Shown: one piece after another, positions 59,895 to 64,000 of the stretch
How the letters are laid out: every line of letters begins with the position of its first letter
Numbering within the stretch: the stretch's first letter is position 1
NCBI GenBank assembly: GCA_963777605.1
Contig: CAVZRV010000027.1
Location: 384,001-448,000, forward strand
Length of the DNA stretch: 64,000 bases
Source: an uncultured Acidobacteriota bacterium
Lineage (GTDB): Bacteria; Acidobacteriota; UBA6911; RPQK01; JAPXNP01
Direction: 5' to 3'
Notes under the pieces: generated by a model
Database searches by the model: none
What the model was told of the DNA's origin: nothing
What the model saw: only the letters and a program-made list of their open reading frames with translations
Position numbers and translations under genes: made by a program

Positions 59895-61211
59895 GTGAAC
59901 TCTAGGAATCGCCCTCTGGAGAACGCCGGTCAACCGCAGCGAAGTGCTCGTTCTGCTCAAGCCCCGACGGGTTCCCGACTGTTGACAGTTGACCAGAACC
60001 TCAAGAGTCTTCATGGCCATTATCTTAGCTATGCCCAGCGCTTGGGACGTGCCGCCTCCGAGCTTGGAGTCAAGCCGATCATCGCCGGAAACAGACAACT
60101 CGTGTCTTCCTCGGACACTTCCGAGGTAATACCGGCACTCCATTATTCTTACTGGCAAGAACTCCGTCCGGCCAAAGGCACAGATCCGGTGCTTCATCTG
60201 GTTTCGCGCGCTGGCGAGGTGGCTGCAACTCTGGCAGAACTGGAATCTAAGCTGCGGATCAGCGGTGAGGACGTTGTTTTCTTTCCTTATGCCAATCTCA
60301 TCCATGCCTGGGCACTCGCAAGGATCCACCGCAACTGCAAGGTCACGGAAATTCCGCGTTCGGTGCTCCTCTTCAGAAGAGATTTGTCTGAACATGGAAT
60401 TGATGCGGCATTGGGGTCGAGGCAGGGCATTTTGCTCCTGCGGCAGGCGCTCGCGGAACTTGTCACAGCACCCGGCGGATGCAGGGTGCGGTTTTTCACA
60501 GACAGCGAGTACCTGACTGACGAATACTCGGACGCACTCCGCCAACAGTTTCAGACGGTTCCCATTCCAGTCGATTCGGGATTCGCGGCACCGAAAACCC
60601 GAATGAGGGAACGTCCTCTTCGGCTGCTCTACCTCGGAGATGCAAGAACAGAGAAGGGCTACCAACTGCTCCCCCATATGGCCTCCGCGTTGAGGGAAAG
60701 GCTTCGAAACGGTGAACTGGAGTTAGTGATTCAGAGTAACTTCAACCTGCCGGGCGGCGAACCGGGAATACCCGCAGCCCGCTCCCAGCTCGCGGAATTA
60801 CCCGGAGTCCGACTTCTCGAGGACCCGATCTCGGAGCAGGAATACATCCACTGGATGCAGACTTCACACCTTGTTCTGCTTCCCTACCGTGCAGAATGCT
60901 ACGTCTCCCGGACCTCGGGGATTTTGGCCGAGGCAATTCATTCCGCTGTTCCTGCAGTAGTGCCTGAAGGAACTTGGCTCTCCGACCAACTTCGTTCACA
61001 CGGCGCAGGACGGACGTTCACTTCGGGACGGGCTGACGACTTGGTTGAGGCGGTAACCGAGATCATTGCCGATTACGAACGTTTCGCCGCCGCTGCCTTC
61101 TCGCGGCGAAGCCGATTCATGAGCTTCCATACGCCCGCTCGCCTGGCTCAGTTTGTCTGCGGAGCGGACATCCTCTCCCGAGCGGCAGCCTCTACTCAGG
61201 AAGATTCCTGA
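59895..61211 (+). CDS. GT-B (GT4-like) glycosyltransferase
   Basis: GHYLSY, YLGDARTEKGY, LLPY...Y..RTSGILAEA...VP.VVP.GTW. GTG start after AGAGGGGG; ORF track start is 59829. Confidence 0.85.
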   Translation: MNSRNRPLENAGQPQRSARSAQAPTGSRLLTVDQNLKSLHGHYLSYAQRLGRAASELGVKPIIAGNRQLVSSSDTSEVIPALHYSYWQELRPAKGTDPVLHLVSRAGEVAATLAELESKLRISGEDVVFFPYANLIHAWALARIHRNCKVTEIPRSVLLFRRDLSEHGIDAALGSRQGILLLRQALAELVTAPGGCRVRFFTDSEYLTDEYSDALRQQFQTVPIPVDSGFAAPKTRMRERPLRLLYLGDARTEKGYQLLPHMASALRERLRNGELELVIQSNFNLPGGEPGIPAARSQLAELPGVRLLEDPISEQEYIHWMQTSHLVLLPYRAECYVSRTSGILAEAIHSAVPAVVPEGTWLSDQLRSHGAGRTFTSGRADDLVEAVTEIIADYERFAAAAFSRRSRFMSFHTPARLAQFVCGADILSRAAASTQEDS

Positions 61212-61248
61212 GTCGCACAGCGACGGATCTCCCCCTCAGGGAAGCCTG

Positions 61249-62850
61249 ATGTTGAGCATTGTTGTTACGTGCAGGAACGACGACTACGGGGGTGGCTTCA
61301 GAGCCCGACTCTTCCGGTCGGTCAAACACAACAGCATCCTGCTGTCGAGATGCAGTCTGCAATTCGAGTACGTGATTTGCGAGTGGAACCCGCTTCCAGG
61401 TGAAGCGCTACTGTCCGATGATTTAGTAGAGACGTTTTCTTTCGCGAGAGCCATAGTCGTCCCGCCAGCGATTCACGAGTCCTACAATCTGAATCCGTCG
61501 ATGACATTTCACGAGGCCGCGGCAAAGAATGCCGGGATTCGGCGGGCACGTGGGGATTGGATCCTGGTAACCAACGCCGACATTCTCTTCGATGATGCTT
61601 TGGTGGGTAAACTCGGAGAAAATCTTGACGCCGGCACCTTCTATCGGGCCCACCGAATCGATGTGCCTTCGGATGCACCATGGCCGGACCTCAAGGAACC
61701 GTCTAAGCAACTTCCCTCTGGAGAGGGAAGGACGTGTCCGCCCTTCTACCTTGGGGCTGGAGGCGACTTCATGCTTGCCTCGAAAGAGGTCTGGATGAAG
61801 ACGTCAGGGCTCAACGAGGCCATCCGCTGGACTACGCGGGCAAAGGACTGGCAGTTTCTCCTTGGACTTGGCGCTCGAGGAATTCCAATCGAGTTCCTTG
61901 GCAATGTCTATCATCTGGATCACGAAGAAGGCTTTCGAAACGCACCCGCATCAACGCGGGATAACGCCGCTGCCCATTTCGGGGGATTGTGGGACTTTGA
62001 ATTTGGAGTACCCGTTCACAACCGACGCGCTTGGGGTCTGAACGAGTGCACTCACGAGGCCGGGAGTTCCAGGCGACTCGAGACCCTTAAGACCGACTGC
62101 CCCCTTTTCAGCGCTGATGAGCAGCACGAAGACCAACTGTGGCGGCAGTGGCTTCAGGCTTCAGACGACGCTCCCGACGAGTCTGGGCTGTGGCTCCTTT
62201 ACTCGATTCTGGCAACTGCGGTAAACAGGAGTCGCCTAGTCGTCCGCCCTCAGAATGGTCGTTCCGCCGTGGCGGCGGCAGGAACCGCGAGTGTGGCAAT
62301 CTCTGAAGGCCTTCCGGTCTTCTGTAAGTGGCACTGGCCTGTATGCACGTGGATGACCCTTCCTGCTTTTCAGAGCGAACCGATTCCCCTTCAGCCGACC
62401 GATTTGGTCCTGAGGGAGCGTAACGATTCGTGGGCACTCAAGTCCGCACAAGGAGACCCCCTGCCGCCACCGTTTCCGAGCAATCTTCCTCCGGAGTTAC
62501 CCCGCTTCAATCGTCTCCTGACGCGCCGCTTTCTCCGAGCACTACTCCGCTGCAGGGTTGCCGGGTTTCGAAGGATCGCACTCTTTGGCGCAGGTGGACA
62601 CACAAAAGAACTTCTCCGCTGGGGTCTGCCGGACTGGATTCAATGCCCCGCACTCCTTTCTACAACAGGGACGGAAGATCCAATTCGCGGGATCCCGATC
62701 ACACCCATTCGGGACTTCAATTTCGCTGCGGTCGATGCCATTCTTCTCTCTTCATTGTCCTACGAGGGAGAGATGCTCGAGGAACTCCATCAGCATGCTC
62801 CAGAAGCTAGAGTGCTCCCGCTGTATTCTGACTGGAAGGTCGATCGTTAG
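61249..62850 (+). CDS. GT-A (GT2-like) glycosyltransferase with C-terminal Rossmann-like domain
   Basis: LSIVVTCRNDDYGG, EWNP, AKNAGIRRARGDWILVTNADILF, GDF.L, YHLDH; C-terminal IALFGAGGHT...DAILLSS..E. Confidence 0.82.
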   Translation: MLSIVVTCRNDDYGGGFRARLFRSVKHNSILLSRCSLQFEYVICEWNPLPGEALLSDDLVETFSFARAIVVPPAIHESYNLNPSMTFHEAAAKNAGIRRARGDWILVTNADILFDDALVGKLGENLDAGTFYRAHRIDVPSDAPWPDLKEPSKQLPSGEGRTCPPFYLGAGGDFMLASKEVWMKTSGLNEAIRWTTRAKDWQFLLGLGARGIPIEFLGNVYHLDHEEGFRNAPASTRDNAAAHFGGLWDFEFGVPVHNRRAWGLNECTHEAGSSRRLETLKTDCPLFSADEQHEDQLWRQWLQASDDAPDESGLWLLYSILATAVNRSRLVVRPQNGRSAVAAAGTASVAISEGLPVFCKWHWPVCTWMTLPAFQSEPIPLQPTDLVLRERNDSWALKSAQGDPLPPPFPSNLPPELPRFNRLLTRRFLRALLRCRVAGFRRIALFGAGGHTKELLRWGLPDWIQCPALLSTTGTEDPIRGIPITPIRDFNFAAVDAILLSSLSYEGEMLEELHQHAPEARVLPLYSDWKVDR

Positions 62851-62865
62851 CGACTGCGCTCTAAG

Positions 62866-64000
62866 ATGCCCGGCCCTGAATTCACCATTTTGATCCCGGC
62901 ACGGAATGCAGCCGCAACAATCGAGCGAGCAGTCCGCTCCGCGATAACTGAACCCGGAAGCCCTTCGGTCACTCTCGTCGATCATGCTTCATCAGACGAA
63001 ACCGTTTCGATCGCCCGCGACGCCGCTAAAGAACGCCTCACTATTATTCGAGCCCCGCAGCACCTTTCCCTGGGAGCAGTTCGGCAGATGGCGCTGGACT
63101 CCTTAGCGACGGCCTTTGGCGTCTGGCTCGACTCGGACGACGAACTGATCCCGGGACGCTCTCTCCAACTCTGTCAAGCCTTGATCAGGCAAGGGGCGGA
63201 CATTGCCTATGATGAGATTAATCTCCATGAAGGTCAGACTGGAGAATTTCTTAAGCGCCTTAAGATTCCCTCATTCCTACAAGGCTCTAAGGACATGATT
63301 CGCAACTTCGGCCGCAACTACATTCCTGGACTCGGTGTACCGGCCTTCCGTACCGAATGCGCTCGATCGATAGGATTTGACCCGAGTTTTCATGGCGCCG
63401 AGGATTACGACTTCTTGCTACGAGCCGTTATCACACGGCATAAGTTTTGTCTAGTTCGGAGTGCCGGATACCGCCAATTCTCTTATCATAATAGCATATC
63501 CAGGAATATTGATAATCAACGCTACATGTGCGCACGTGCCTTACGCAAGCACAATCCCCATCTCGTAAGGAGACGCCTGTCTGAATCAGGAATTGACCTT
63601 CTACAATCTACTTGGACGTTTATTGAATTCCTTATCTCGAGGGGCGATTACCAGAAGGCTCTTGAAGAATTAGAAGCGTTGGAAAAATTCTCCATACAAG
63701 AAGGAGATCAGAAAGAGATTTGGAGGCGGAGATTTCAAGAAGGTACAATTCACCTCCTACTCGGAAACAGAACGGAATCCTTGGCGAAATTGAGCGAAGC
63801 CTCTGCGGCATTGATCCGACCAGAAAGTCTAAATAACCTTGGCGTCAACCTTGTCACTGAGGGCGCAAATTCACAAGCAGAGAAATGTTTTAATTCTGCC
63901 CTTGAACTGAGCCCCAATTACCATGACGCAATGCTGAACAAGCACAAGATATCCCCTCCAAGAATCACGGCTCTTCCCTTGCGCGATTTTCCATCGCGCA
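62866..64000 (+). CDS. GT2 family glycosyltransferase with TPR-like C-terminus (partial, runs off the window end; absent from ORF track)
   Basis: Manual translation: MPGPEFTILIPARNAAATIERAVRS...VDHASSDET...WLDSDD...AEDYDFLLR...ESLNNLGV...AEKCFNSALELSPNYHDAMLN. No stop before 64000. Confidence 0.85.
   Translation, partial: MPGPEFTILIPARNAAATIERAVRSAITEPGSPSVTLVDHASSDETVSIARDAAKERLTIIRAPQHLSLGAVRQMALDSLATAFGVWLDSDDELIPGRSLQLCQALIRQGADIAYDEINLHEGQTGEFLKRLKIPSFLQGSKDMIRNFGRNYIPGLGVPAFRTECARSIGFDPSFHGAEDYDFLLRAVITRHKFCLVRSAGYRQFSYHNSISRNIDNQRYMCARALRKHNPHLVRRRLSESGIDLLQSTWTFIEFLISRGDYQKALEELEALEKFSIQEGDQKEIWRRRFQEGTIHLLLGNRTESLAKLSEASAALIRPESLNNLGVNLVTEGANSQAEKCFNSALELSPNYHDAMLNKHKISPPRITALPLRDFPSR

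Overview
Bacterial window of high GC, most likely from an Acidobacteriota genome. This is an inference from the tandem CRTAC1/ASPIC-UnbV genes, the Oar-type TonB-dependent receptor and the flagellin motif QVTNLLNRA. No rRNA, tRNA, CRISPR array or intact transposase was seen. The first 26.7 kb holds housekeeping and catabolic genes: two CRTAC1 proteins, a DRG-like GTPase, an apparently plug-less TonB receptor, a PPi-type Pfk, a GH88/Gfo/epimerase/cupin/SDR sugar cluster, a Btu-like ABC transporter, peptidases, a kinase-like protein and tpx. From 26.8 to 33.8 kb lies hisG-D-C-B-H-A-F-IE, headed by a TrpR-like (YerC/HisR) repressor with a candidate operator over its own promoter. From 34.5 to 43.3 kb is a late flagellar block (HDOD, motAB, HD-GYP regulator, fliC-flaG-fliD-fliS-fliT-like) with three sigma28 promoters, CsrA-like sites and a duplicated REP-rich spacer. 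From 43.6 kb to the end is a sigma54-headed flagellin glycosylation island: pseB, pseC, maf, a Campylobacter-like GDP-heptose remodelling cassette, methyl-, sulfo- and glycosyltransferases. The most novel-looking element is a sulfotransferase-methyltransferase-coiled-coil fusion whose C-terminal domain recurs on two glycosyltransferases. At least eight genes are broken by single-base indels, mostly in short homopolymers and most likely sequencing errors. All family calls come from motif recognition; no searches were run.
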